A DNA stretch of 64,000 bases from Spirochaetales bacterium (GTDB lineage: Bacteria; Spirochaetota; Spirochaetia; JABEVK01). The translations under genes were made by a program, and so were the position numbers. Positions within the stretch are counted from its first letter, which is position 1. Every line of letters starts with the position of its first letter. Below the pieces are notes generated by a model. The model ran no database searches. It worked only from the letters and a program-made list of their open reading frames with translations, and was not told where the DNA came from. The stretch is taken from contig JBAXAI010000003.1 of the NCBI GenBank assembly GCA_037142615.1, forward strand, positions 1 to 64,000. Reading direction: 5' to 3'. Of the stretch, positions 1 to 8,593 are shown piece after piece.

Positions 1-9
1 GCCTCGATT

Positions 10-82
10 TAGCAGGGACAGGACTCGAACCTGTGACCTTCGGGTTATGAGCCCGACGAGCTGCCAACTGCTCCACCCTGCG
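10..82 (-). tRNA. initiator tRNA-fMet (CAT)
   Basis: Minus strand reads CGCAGGG-TG-GAGC-AGTTGGCA-GCTC-G-TCGGG-CTCATAA-CCCGA-AGGTC-ACAGG-TTCGAGT-CCTGT-CCCTGCT-A: a 73-nt cloverleaf with unpaired position 1:72 and GGG/CCC in the anticodon stem (initiator hallmarks). CCA is not encoded. Confidence 0.95.
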
Positions 83-96
83 TCGTGTGTGGAAAG

Positions 97-125
97 AAGT
101 TACCCGAGACGGGGGACAGTGTCAA
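97..125 (-). promoter_or_regulatory. sigma70-type promoter for tRNA-fMet, inside the hisC 3' end
   Basis: TTGACA(125-120)-N17-TAACTT(102-97). Confidence 0.6.
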
Positions 126-1173
126 GCGCTTGGCACAGGGCATTCCAACAAAGTTCGTTCTGCTCGCGGGTGCCGGTGGTGATGCGGATGGCAGTGGGCA
201 GGCCGAAGCTGGTGAGCGGGCGGATGGTCACCCCGCCCTGCACCATGGCGGCGGCTACGGCTTGGGCGTCGCGGCCGAGTTCGAGGCAGAAGAAGTTGGC
301 CTGTGTGGGGTACGGCTTGAGGCTGCGGGTGGCCAGTTTCTCGGTCCAGAACTTCAGGCCGTCGTGGTTGAGGGCGCGGCTCTGGCTGACGAAGTCGGTG
401 TCGTGCAACGCGGCAATCGCGGCCTTTTGTGTCATGTTGCCAACATTGAACGGTTGTTTGACCACCGAAATATCGCGGATCACACTCTCGCTGGCGGCCA
501 CAAAGCCGATACGCAAGCTGGCGAGCCCGTAGATTTTGCTGAACGTGCGGCTGACGGCCAGGTTGGGCCAGCGCGCGAGCAGGGGGAACGAGTCGGGAAA
601 GTCGGCGGCGTCGGCATAGTGGCCGTAGGCTTCGTCGAGCACCACGAGCACACTGGCGGGAACCCGGGTCAGAAAGGCCTCCAGTTGGGCCTGCGTAAAC
701 GCGGTGCCAGTGGGGTTGTTGGGATTGCACAGGAACACGATCCGGGTGCGCGGGGTGATCGCGGCCACCAACCCGTCGAGGTCGAAGAACCCTTCCTTGA
801 GCGGCACCGTGTCCATGAATCCACCGAAGAGCCTCACCGCAAAGGTATACTCAGAAAAGGTTTCCTTGGCGGTCAGGCCGTGGTCGCCGGGACGGATAAA
901 CGCACCGGCGATCAAGGTGAACACTTCGTCGCTGCCGTTGCCAACCAAGAAGTTGCCGGGCTTGAGCCCATAGGCGTTGGCCAGGGCTTCGCGCAAGGCT
1001 GTGGCGGCGCCGTCGGGGTAAATGTTGAGCTCTCGTGCCGAAGCGGCGATGGCTTCGAGCGCGCGGGGAGAAGGTCCCAGCGGATTCTCGTTCGAACTGA
1101 GCTTCACGGCCCCGGGAAGCAACTTGCCTGCCACGTAAGGCTTGAGGTCCCGCAGGTCTTCTCTCAAGGTCAC
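100..1173 (-). CDS. hisC: histidinol-phosphate aminotransferase
   Basis: KLSSNENP, GNGSDE, LCNPNNPTG, DEAY and RTFSKIYGLASLRIG motifs. Start placed at GTG 1173 (GTGA overlap with the upstream stop). Confidence 0.9.
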   Translation of the reverse strand: MTLREDLRDLKPYVAGKLLPGAVKLSSNENPLGPSPRALEAIAASARELNIYPDGAATALREALANAYGLKPGNFLVGNGSDEVFTLIAGAFIRPGDHGLTAKETFSEYTFAVRLFGGFMDTVPLKEGFFDLDGLVAAITPRTRIVFLCNPNNPTGTAFTQAQLEAFLTRVPASVLVVLDEAYGHYADAADFPDSFPLLARWPNLAVSRTFSKIYGLASLRIGFVAASESVIRDISVVKQPFNVGNMTQKAAIAALHDTDFVSQSRALNHDGLKFWTEKLATRSLKPYPTQANFFCLELGRDAQAVAAAMVQGGVTIRPLTSFGLPTAIRITTGTREQNELCWNALCQALDTVPRLG

Positions 1174-1859
1174 AGCGTCAGCCCCAGCCACTTTTCGTAG
1201 AACAGGTAGAAGGCCAGCGTCAGCCCGAGGTAGCTCAGGTTGTAGAAGAAGTCTTCGAGCGGAATGCTGCCGATGCGCAGGCCCCAAAGCGCCTTGGGGT
1301 TGTAAAAGATCGTCGGCAGAGCCGTGTAGAGCCCGTCGACGATGACAAACAGCACAAAGCTGATGCCCGTCCAGATCCAGAACGCGCTGGTTCCTGCCAA
1401 GCCCGGAGCTCCGATGGCCAGTGTCGACAAAAAGACCGTCACCGACAGCATGGCGATGAAGGTGTAGCCCAAATTGCGGAACAACCAGGCGGCCAACACG
1501 AAAGCCAAGGCGCCGCAGTACAGCGTCACGGGGTTCACGTCGAACCAGAAGGTGTTGCCGAAATACGCCAGCACACACTCGTACACAAACAAGCAGGCGT
1601 AGGGGATGGCGATAAAGAACAGAATCTCGCCCAGCGGAAGGCCAAAAATCCGGAAGTCGCCGGTGTAGACCGGGTTGAACTGCCAGTCGCCTCGGGCGGT
1701 CACGTACGCGTCCCACAGGAGGTACAACAGGCCCACGGTCAAAATGGCCAGGCCGACGGCGGGAGCATGGGTGTAAAAGTGCACCTTGTCGTCAAAACTC
1801 AGCGCGACGGGACCGGCGACCGACACGAGCGCGATGATGGAGTACAGCTGCTTTTTCAT
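1170..1859 (-). CDS. membrane lycopene cyclase-domain protein (CrtYcd-like, two repeats)
   Basis: Hydrophobic protein with duplicated 'LPLGEILFF' / 'IPLEDFFY' motifs, directly downstream of crtB. Confidence 0.8.
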   Translation of the reverse strand: MKKQLYSIIALVSVAGPVALSFDDKVHFYTHAPAVGLAILTVGLLYLLWDAYVTARGDWQFNPVYTGDFRIFGLPLGEILFFIAIPYACLFVYECVLAYFGNTFWFDVNPVTLYCGALAFVLAAWLFRNLGYTFIAMLSVTVFLSTLAIGAPGLAGTSAFWIWTGISFVLFVIVDGLYTALPTIFYNPKALWGLRIGSIPLEDFFYNLSYLGLTLAFYLFYEKWLGLTL

Positions 1860-2764
1860 ACGTCACCTCGGGGGAGTGCGGGAGGGATATAGAACAGATT
1901 GCGCAGGGCCGTGCCCAGAATGCGGAGCTTGCCGGGCTTGATCTTGCGGCGCCACACTTCCATCGGGTCGCGCATGATCACCTGGGCGGTCCAGTTGTAC
2001 AGGTCGCTGGCGGTTTTGACGGCAAGGCGCAAGCGCCACGGCAGGTAGCCGTAGCCCTGCTGGGCGGCCTTCTGCCAGCCGGTGTACAGGGAGGTTTGGC
2101 CCCGCATGTAGGTGCAGAAGGCTTCGGGGTTGGCGGCAACACTTTCGGGGGTCAGGTCGGTCAGACCGCTGGCCGTTGAACCGCTCTCGCCCAAGGGCAG
2201 ATAACGACGGCCCAAGGCGTGATCCTCGGCCACGTCGCGCAGAAAGTTGATGAACTGCATGCTGCGGCCCATCAGGCAGGCGGTCTCGCGGGCGGCCTCG
2301 GGCAGGTTCAAAATGCGCATCATGTACAGGCCGATCACCTCGGCAGAGCCCCACGTGTAGCGCAGCACCTCGTCGAGCGTGTTGATGGCCACGGTGCCCA
2401 GATCGCTTTCCATGGCCGCCAAAAAGTCCTCGGTCCACTGCGGGTCGAACCCGACCCGCTTGCTCAGCGCCACAAACGGATCGATCACCATATCGCCGGC
2501 CGGCTTGCCGACCATCGCGTTCCGCCAACGCTGGCGGAACGCCCGAAACTCCCCGGGCTGCTGGGGAACGTCATCGACCAGATTGTCGGCGACGCGTACA
2601 AAGGCATAGAGCGTAAACACATCCTTGCGGATCGCTGGCGGAAAGATCCGGCTGGAGTTGTAGTACGTCTTGCTCCCACCGGCGAAAATCTGCTCATGGA
2701 GAGAAGCGACGTCTGTGGACGACGCTTCTGCAGACGTTGCGCTACCAGGCGCAACGTCAGGCAC
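1856..2764 (-). CDS. crtB: phytoene synthase
   Basis: Asp-rich motifs RVADNLVDD and NFLRDVAED, GRRYLP; adjacent to crtI. Confidence 0.88.
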   Translation of the reverse strand: MPDVAPGSATSAEASSTDVASLHEQIFAGGSKTYYNSSRIFPPAIRKDVFTLYAFVRVADNLVDDVPQQPGEFRAFRQRWRNAMVGKPAGDMVIDPFVALSKRVGFDPQWTEDFLAAMESDLGTVAINTLDEVLRYTWGSAEVIGLYMMRILNLPEAARETACLMGRSMQFINFLRDVAEDHALGRRYLPLGESGSTASGLTDLTPESVAANPEAFCTYMRGQTSLYTGWQKAAQQGYGYLPWRLRLAVKTASDLYNWTAQVIMRDPMEVWRRKIKPGKLRILGTALRNLFYIPPALPRGDV

Positions 2765-4232
2765 GTCGTGCCCCGGTGATCTTGGCGGCCACGACGTCGC
2801 TGGCGATAAGGGTCATGGGAACGCCGACACCGGGGTGCGTGTACTGGCCCGAGTAGTACAGATTCTTCACCTTTTTGCTGCGAAGCGCGGGGCGGAACAC
2901 CGCCGTTTGGAACAAGGTGTGGCTCAGGCCGAGTGCGGTTCCCTGGAAGGCGTGGTAGTCGCGGGCGAAGTCTTGCTGGCTGAACACCCGGCACACCTCG
3001 ATGGCGTCGCGGAAGCTCTCGCCGGTGGTCTTTTCGACATGCGCCAACAGGCCGTCGAGGTACTTGGCTCGGAACTCTTCGGGGTCCGAAAGTCCGGGCG
3101 CGGCGGGAACCAGCAGGAACAGGTTCTCACACCCTTCGGGAGCCATGGTCGTGTCGGTCTTGGTGATGGCGCTCAGGTAGTAGCAGGGGTTCTCGGGCCA
3201 ACTGGGAGTCTTGAAAATGGTATCGAAGTGTTTGTTCCAGTCGGCGCTGAAGTAGAGGTTGTGGTGTTCGAGACCCGGAAGAGCCTTCTTGACGCCCAGG
3301 TACACGATGAACATCGACGGGGCCACGACACGGCTGTCCCAGTAAGGTTGCTTGTAGGTCTGCCACGCGGGGTCGAGCAACTGCGTCTCACCGTAGGCGT
3401 AGTCGCCGGTGTTGAGCACCACATCGCCACGGAAAGTACCCTTTTCGGTCTGCACCTCGGTCACCTGACCGCCTTCGACACGAAGATGCTTCACATCGTG
3501 TTTGTAGTGGATCACCCCGCCACGCTTTTTCACCAGGTCGGCCATCGCCACGGCGACGCCGTTCATGCCGCCCTTGGGAAAGAACACGCCGAGCTTGAGG
3601 TCCACATGGCTCATCAGCGAGTACATCGACGGGGCGTCCTGCGGGCTCGTGCCCAAGAACACCATGGCGTATTCGAGAATCTGTTTGGCGCGGCGGTCGG
3701 TGAAGAACCGGGCCACGAACTTGTCGAGGCTTTGGAAAATGCCGATCTTGAGGCCCTGCGTCATCACCTGCCAGTTGAAAAAGTCGAACACCGACTTGTA
3801 TTCCTTGTACAGGAACGAGCCAACGGCGATGTCGTATTTTTCCTGGGCTCCGGTCATGTAGTCGGTGAGCAGTTGGCCGCCCCCCGGCTGGAACGTGTCG
3901 AACAGCTTTTTGGTGGCGTCGAGGTCGTCGGTGATGCGCACGGCGTCGTGCCCTTCGAAGAACACCTTGTAGTGCGTTTTGAGCTTGGTGAGCGTGAGGG
4001 CGTCGGCCGTGGCTATCCCTATGCTCGAAAAGAACTTATCAAAAACTTCGGGCATGAGATACCACGAAGGGCCCATGTCAAAATGGTAGCCCTTTTCGGA
4101 CCAGAGGCGTGCGCGCCCACCGGGCCCCTCGTTGTTGTCGAGGACGGTGACTTCCCAGCCGTCGCGCAGCAGAAGCAAGGCGCTGGACAGGCCGGCGTAG
4201 CCCGCACCGATAATCAGGGCATGTTGTTTCAT
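2757..4232 (-). CDS. crtI: phytoene desaturase family protein
   Basis: GAGYAG FAD motif, FDMGPSWYLMP, C-terminal NLYYSGQYTHPGVGVPM. Confidence 0.9.
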   Translation of the reverse strand: MKQHALIIGAGYAGLSSALLLLRDGWEVTVLDNNEGPGGRARLWSEKGYHFDMGPSWYLMPEVFDKFFSSIGIATADALTLTKLKTHYKVFFEGHDAVRITDDLDATKKLFDTFQPGGGQLLTDYMTGAQEKYDIAVGSFLYKEYKSVFDFFNWQVMTQGLKIGIFQSLDKFVARFFTDRRAKQILEYAMVFLGTSPQDAPSMYSLMSHVDLKLGVFFPKGGMNGVAVAMADLVKKRGGVIHYKHDVKHLRVEGGQVTEVQTEKGTFRGDVVLNTGDYAYGETQLLDPAWQTYKQPYWDSRVVAPSMFIVYLGVKKALPGLEHHNLYFSADWNKHFDTIFKTPSWPENPCYYLSAITKTDTTMAPEGCENLFLLVPAAPGLSDPEEFRAKYLDGLLAHVEKTTGESFRDAIEVCRVFSQQDFARDYHAFQGTALGLSHTLFQTAVFRPALRSKKVKNLYYSGQYTHPGVGVPMTLIASDVVAAKITGARRA

Positions 4233-4259
4233 GCGGGTAACATACCGCCAAACAGGGGC

Positions 4260-4988
4260 TCAGGGCAACAAGGGACGGCTGGCAAGCCAGACCCGGGAAG
4301 GGTGCGCGGTGCCAAACACCAACCGGTCGGAAACCGGACCAAGCATCTCTTGAAACTCGCTTAGCCTGAAACCGCGGCGGATCGAAAGGCGACCATCGTA
4401 GAAGGCGAGCGACCCGTGCAGGAACAGCCCGGTGAAGATCGTGTAGCCGACATAGCCCCAGGGTGAACGCGCCAGATCGTTGAGCAGAATCGCAACTCTC
4501 GAACGGTGCAGTGCCTCGGTGACGGCGGCCTTCACCTGGTCCCAGTCAAAGTGGTGCAGCGTGTGGTTCGACATCACGAAGTCCCAGGTTTCGCCTTCGG
4601 GCAAGGCAAATACGGAGCCGTGCACCGGGGTGATTTCGGGGTACTTTCGGCACAGTTCGCGCGCCCACGGCAGCAGGCGCGCATCGACGTCGAGGGCGGT
4701 GATGCGCAGTTTGAGGCCCTTGCGGCGGCAGAGGCGGATGAGAGACCGGTCGATGTCGCCGCCACCGCTGCCAAAATCAAGGAGGGTCCAAACGCGGGTT
4801 TTGTCTTTGAGCATGTGGGGCAGCAGGTGGCGCCGAAACAGCCCGACTCCCCGCGAAAACAGGCGGTTGATGAGGTCGAACTGGCGGATGGTCCGTTCCA
4901 GCTTTTTGGGGTCTGCGTCGGGGCTGTCCATCAGTTCTTCTTCGTAGAGGCGCTCGGACAGGTCGGGGAAGAACCACGGCGCTTTCAC
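4260..4988 (-). CDS. class I SAM-dependent methyltransferase (type III PKS-associated)
   Basis: EELMD N-terminal motif, LDFGSGGGD SAM-binding motif, SNHTLHH, NDLAR. Confidence 0.85.
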   Translation of the reverse strand: MKAPWFFPDLSERLYEEELMDSPDADPKKLERTIRQFDLINRLFSRGVGLFRRHLLPHMLKDKTRVWTLLDFGSGGGDIDRSLIRLCRRKGLKLRITALDVDARLLPWARELCRKYPEITPVHGSVFALPEGETWDFVMSNHTLHHFDWDQVKAAVTEALHRSRVAILLNDLARSPWGYVGYTIFTGLFLHGSLAFYDGRLSIRRGFRLSEFQEMLGPVSDRLVFGTAHPSRVWLASRPLLP

Positions 4989-6073
4989 AGGATTTCCAAA
5001 AAGGCCGATTCGACGGTGAGGCCGGGGCCGAAGGCGCAGCTGAACAGTTTGCCCTTGCGTCCCTGGTCGAGCAGTTCGCGCAGCACAAAAAACACCGTGA
5101 CCGAGCTCATGTTGCCGTAGTTTCGCAGCACGTTGTAGCTGACGTCGAGCTCACCGTGGGTCAGGCCGAGCACGGCGGCGGTCTTGTCGAGGATGGCCCG
5201 GCCACCGGGATGCACAGCAAACAGTTCGAGCTCGTTGCGCGCCCAGCCGGAGTCAGCAAACAACCGGTCGAGCACGGCCTGGATATTGCCTTCGATGAGC
5301 CGCGGAACGTAACTCGACAGCTTCATGTCAAAGCCGGTTTCGCCGATGATCCACGCCATGTCGTTCTCGCTGCCGGGAATGATGTGACTGCGGAAGTCGT
5401 GCAGCTGCAACGGCCCGGGGTTTGCCGACAACAGCGCTGCCGAAGCCCCGTCGGCAAACAGGGCGTTGGCCACCACCACGTCGAGCTCGAAGGTCTTCTG
5501 AAAGTGCAGAGTGCACAATTCGACATCGACGATGAGCACTTGGGCACCGGGGTTGGACTTGACGAGGCTCTGGGCGAGTTTGAGGGCCGGGAAGGCGGCG
5601 AAACACCCCATGAACCCCAAATGGAACCGGTGGATGCCGGGGGCCAGACCGAACTCACGGAACAGGTGGTAGTCGAACCCCGGCGCAGAAAAGCCGGTGC
5701 AGCTTACCGTGATCAGGTGCGTCACCTGCGAGGGTTCAAACCCGGGCAGCGAGTCGAACAGTTTGCGCACAGCTCGAAAGGCCAGCTTGTCGGCCTCGAC
5801 CACGAACAGGGCGTTGCGTTTGGCGGTGCTGGGCTCGGGTTCGCCCTCGGCGGCGGTGAAGAACGTACGCTCAGCCTTAGGCAGACCGTAGTCAGCGATC
5901 ACCGAATGGCGGGTCTCGATGGCTGAGCCTTCGTAGATCTTTTCGATGAAGCTGCGATGCCGGGGGGTGTCACCCAAGGTCTCGAGCATGAAGTCACGGA
6001 TTTTTCGCTGGGGGATGGCCGTATCGGGAACAACGGTCACCAAAGAGTTGAGGTACACGGGGGTGGAGTTCAC
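4985..6073 (-). CDS. type III polyketide synthase (chalcone/stilbene synthase family)
   Basis: Cys-His-Asn triad in FMGCFAAF, VHPGGRAIL and YGNMSS; FGPGLTVE. Confidence 0.92.
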   Translation of the reverse strand: MNSTPVYLNSLVTVVPDTAIPQRKIRDFMLETLGDTPRHRSFIEKIYEGSAIETRHSVIADYGLPKAERTFFTAAEGEPEPSTAKRNALFVVEADKLAFRAVRKLFDSLPGFEPSQVTHLITVSCTGFSAPGFDYHLFREFGLAPGIHRFHLGFMGCFAAFPALKLAQSLVKSNPGAQVLIVDVELCTLHFQKTFELDVVVANALFADGASAALLSANPGPLQLHDFRSHIIPGSENDMAWIIGETGFDMKLSSYVPRLIEGNIQAVLDRLFADSGWARNELELFAVHPGGRAILDKTAAVLGLTHGELDVSYNVLRNYGNMSSVTVFFVLRELLDQGRKGKLFSCAFGPGLTVESAFLEIL

Positions 6074-7260
6074 AAAGTTTCCTTCAGGGAGCTTAGTTCA
6101 GGGTGGCGGGCCTTGGCTTGCGCTAGATCACGGAACGGGATGGTCAGCATGGCGTAGTGCGGCGGAATTTGCTTTTTCAGGGCTTTCAGACCCCACGCCA
6201 GCACGGCATTTCGCCACTGCGACGCCCAACCGCGAACGGTGCCTACGCTCATCGAGAGCTCCGAACGAGCGGCGGCGGTGCGGCCGGCCTTGCGGCGGAT
6301 GCGACTGTACAGCTGATTCCACTTTTCGGCCAAAGGGGCGTCGGGTTTGTCCAACCGGGCATCGAGGAGCGCAGCCAGAAACTCGGCGTCGGCGAAGCCG
6401 GTGTTCATGCCCTGCCCGCCGATGGGCGACATCTGGTGGGCGCTGTCACCGGCCAGGTACACCCGCCCCCACGCGTAGTGAGAACTGATCCAGCGGTGGA
6501 TGCCGAAAGGGCTCTGCCAAGTACGGGTGGCCGGATCGAGCTCAATGCCCGTGCGCAGCCGCACCTGGTCTTCGAGGTACGAGCCGGGGTCGTCCATATA
6601 GGTCGGCGTCTGGACGATCCAGCGGCGTTTGCCCTGCCCGAGGGGAAACGACTCGACGGCGCCAAACGAGGTGAAAAAAAGGTGGGCGTCGTGCTTCCAG
6701 CCAGTGGAGTCTTCGTAGTCGCCCATCAAAAAGGTGGAATCGAAGTGCTGCGGGCGCCAGTGGACCTCGATTGAGTTGCGGACCACGCTCTTGACGCCAT
6801 CGCAACCGACCAAGAAGCTGCCCCGTTCGGCTCGCGGATTCCCGGCGGCGTCCTGGAACATGGCCATCAAGAAGCCGGGCCCTTGATCGAAGGACTGAAA
6901 CTCCCAGCCGTATTCGACCGTGACATTTTGAAACTCGCGGAGTTTTTGCTCCAGCAGCATCTCGGTGACGCCCTGAGGGACGGAAAGGATGGGGTTGTCG
7001 AAGTTGACTTCACCCAGAAGCCGGGAGTCCTGACCGTGCACATAGACCTTCTCGATCGAAGCGCCCCACAGTTTGAGGTCGCCGGCCAGGCCGAGCTTGT
7101 CCAAAAGCGCAAGGCTAGGAGGTGAGACGCCGATGGCGTTGCTGCCCGAGGCCCGGGAAGGCCGCTTTTCGAGAACCAGAACCTGCCGGCCGCGTTTGCC
7201 CAGCAGAGCGGCGAGCATCAACCCCACGGGTCCGGCCCCAACGATGATCACTTCGGTCAT
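6070..7260 (-). CDS. FAD-dependent monooxygenase
   Basis: GAGPVG, GCDGVKSVVR, LAGDSAHQMSPIGGQGMNTG. Confidence 0.9.
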   Translation of the reverse strand: MTEVIIVGAGPVGLMLAALLGKRGRQVLVLEKRPSRASGSNAIGVSPPSLALLDKLGLAGDLKLWGASIEKVYVHGQDSRLLGEVNFDNPILSVPQGVTEMLLEQKLREFQNVTVEYGWEFQSFDQGPGFLMAMFQDAAGNPRAERGSFLVGCDGVKSVVRNSIEVHWRPQHFDSTFLMGDYEDSTGWKHDAHLFFTSFGAVESFPLGQGKRRWIVQTPTYMDDPGSYLEDQVRLRTGIELDPATRTWQSPFGIHRWISSHYAWGRVYLAGDSAHQMSPIGGQGMNTGFADAEFLAALLDARLDKPDAPLAEKWNQLYSRIRRKAGRTAAARSELSMSVGTVRGWASQWRNAVLAWGLKALKKQIPPHYAMLTIPFRDLAQAKARHPELSSLKETL

Positions 7261-7310
7261 CTGCTCAGGATACCCTTATTCCCCCCAAGGCTCAAGACGT
7301 TTCACTTTCA

Positions 7311-7328
7311 GCAATTCTTCAGAATTGC
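7311..7328. promoter_or_regulatory. inverted repeat, candidate operator in a divergent intergenic region
   Basis: gcaattct-tc-agaattgc, a perfect 8-bp inverted repeat between the divergent monooxygenase gene and the 7385 operon. Confidence 0.4.
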
Positions 7329-7384
7329 GCCCTTGCCTTGTCATTTCTGAGGGGTACCTTGGAGTCATCACCAAGGAGGTGACG

Positions 7385-7963
7385 ATGAAAAAGATCTTTA
7401 TCACGGGCGCGCTGGTCCTGGGCCTTGCCCTGGCCCTTCCCGCCCAGCAGGCCACGGCCAACGACTGGGTCGAATCGCACAGCTCCACGAAGCTTGCCGA
7501 CCTGACTATTGGCGACCTCAAGGCCCTGGCCGACCAGCAGTCGGTGCAGATGCAAAAGAACCATTATGTGGCCTCGGCGAGCATTGCGTCGTATCTGGCA
7601 CCCGGCTGGGGACAGTTCAAGACCGGTAACGCCGTGGGCGGCGGCCTGTTCCTCGTTGGCGACCTGGCGCTCATGGCCGGCACGATGTACGGAGCCTACA
7701 CCTTGGCTCCCGCTGACGTGGTGGCAACAGGATTGACCATGAAAGCTCGCCACGCGCTGATCGAGAACTACTGGGCCACGGCCCCCGAAAAGATCGCTCC
7801 CGCTGCGGGAGTTTTGGCCGGTGGCATGGCGATCCGGCTGGTCTACTCGATCTGGTCGGCCAAAGACGCCCGCGCCGCCGCTATCGACAACATCCAGTCG
7901 GGCAAGGTGACCTTTGAGCCCTACGACATGGCCAACGGCTTTGGCATGAAGATGAGGTACTAG
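7385..7963 (+). CDS. exported/membrane hypothetical protein
   Basis: AAGGAGG RBS upstream of ATG 7385, signal-peptide-like MKKIFITGALVLGLALALPAQ, APGWGQF motif and two TM segments. Confidence 0.75.
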   Translation: MKKIFITGALVLGLALALPAQQATANDWVESHSSTKLADLTIGDLKALADQQSVQMQKNHYVASASIASYLAPGWGQFKTGNAVGGGLFLVGDLALMAGTMYGAYTLAPADVVATGLTMKARHALIENYWATAPEKIAPAAGVLAGGMAIRLVYSIWSAKDARAAAIDNIQSGKVTFEPYDMANGFGMKMRY

Positions 7964-8374
7964 GTGAAGCCCGCCAAAAAGCCCTCGCCTCTGTTTTGGG
8001 TGGCCTTGGCGGTGACCGGGCTGGGCAGCCTCGCTTTGGGGTTGCTGGTCTGGTTTCTGCCGCCGGAACAAGGCTATGCTTGGATGGCCCGCGGCTGGGG
8101 CCGAGGCGCCGGCGCCGGTGGTTTTGGGATGGGTCACATGAACCCGCTCCCGATGATTCTCGGGTTCCTGTTCGTGGTCTTCGTGATCTCGATGCTGGTT
8201 CGACGCGGTCGCCACGGCCATCACGGCTGGCATCACGGTCACCACGGGCCCGAAGGTCATGGTCATCCGATGTTTGCTGATCCGTTGAGTGATCTGGCCG
8301 AAGCGTACGCCGAGGGTAAAATCACCCGCGAGCAGTACTTGGAGCGCAAGGCTGTGCTGGAGGAAAACCGATGA
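7964..8374 (+). CDS. SHOCT-domain membrane protein with His-rich linker
   Basis: Two TM helices, HGHHGWHHGHH, C-terminal AYAEGKITREQYLERKAVL. Confidence 0.8.
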   Translation: MKPAKKPSPLFWVALAVTGLGSLALGLLVWFLPPEQGYAWMARGWGRGAGAGGFGMGHMNPLPMILGFLFVVFVISMLVRRGRHGHHGWHHGHHGPEGHGHPMFADPLSDLAEAYAEGKITREQYLERKAVLEENR

Positions 8375-8592
8375 CGTGGCAACTGTTGGCCTTCTTCGGG
8401 GCCAAACTTCTGGCCGGGCTGTTTGTGCTGCTGTTGGTCGTTGGCTTCTTTCGGCGGATGGGTTCCCAGTTCGGTCACGGCCACTTTGGGCGCCGCCGGG
8501 CGGTGAACCTGGCGGGAAGCCGCTACGCCAAGGGCGAGATTACCGCCGACGAGTACCGCCAAATCCGCGACGATTTGAAGGAAACGCTCTGA
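8371..8592 (+). CDS. small SHOCT-domain membrane protein
   Basis: TM helix plus RYAKGEITADEYRQIRDDL; ATGA overlap with the upstream gene. Confidence 0.8.
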   Translation: MTWQLLAFFGAKLLAGLFVLLLVVGFFRRMGSQFGHGHFGRRRAVNLAGSRYAKGEITADEYRQIRDDLKETL

Positions 8593-8593
8593 C

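Noticed and set aside
1174-1716. N-terminal extension of hisC, and similar extensions of the lpdA, DEAD helicase, DUF1304, ABC permease and TPR ORFs
   Set aside because: The extensions overlap neighbouring genes; better starts exist at stop/start overlaps or after an RBS or -10 box
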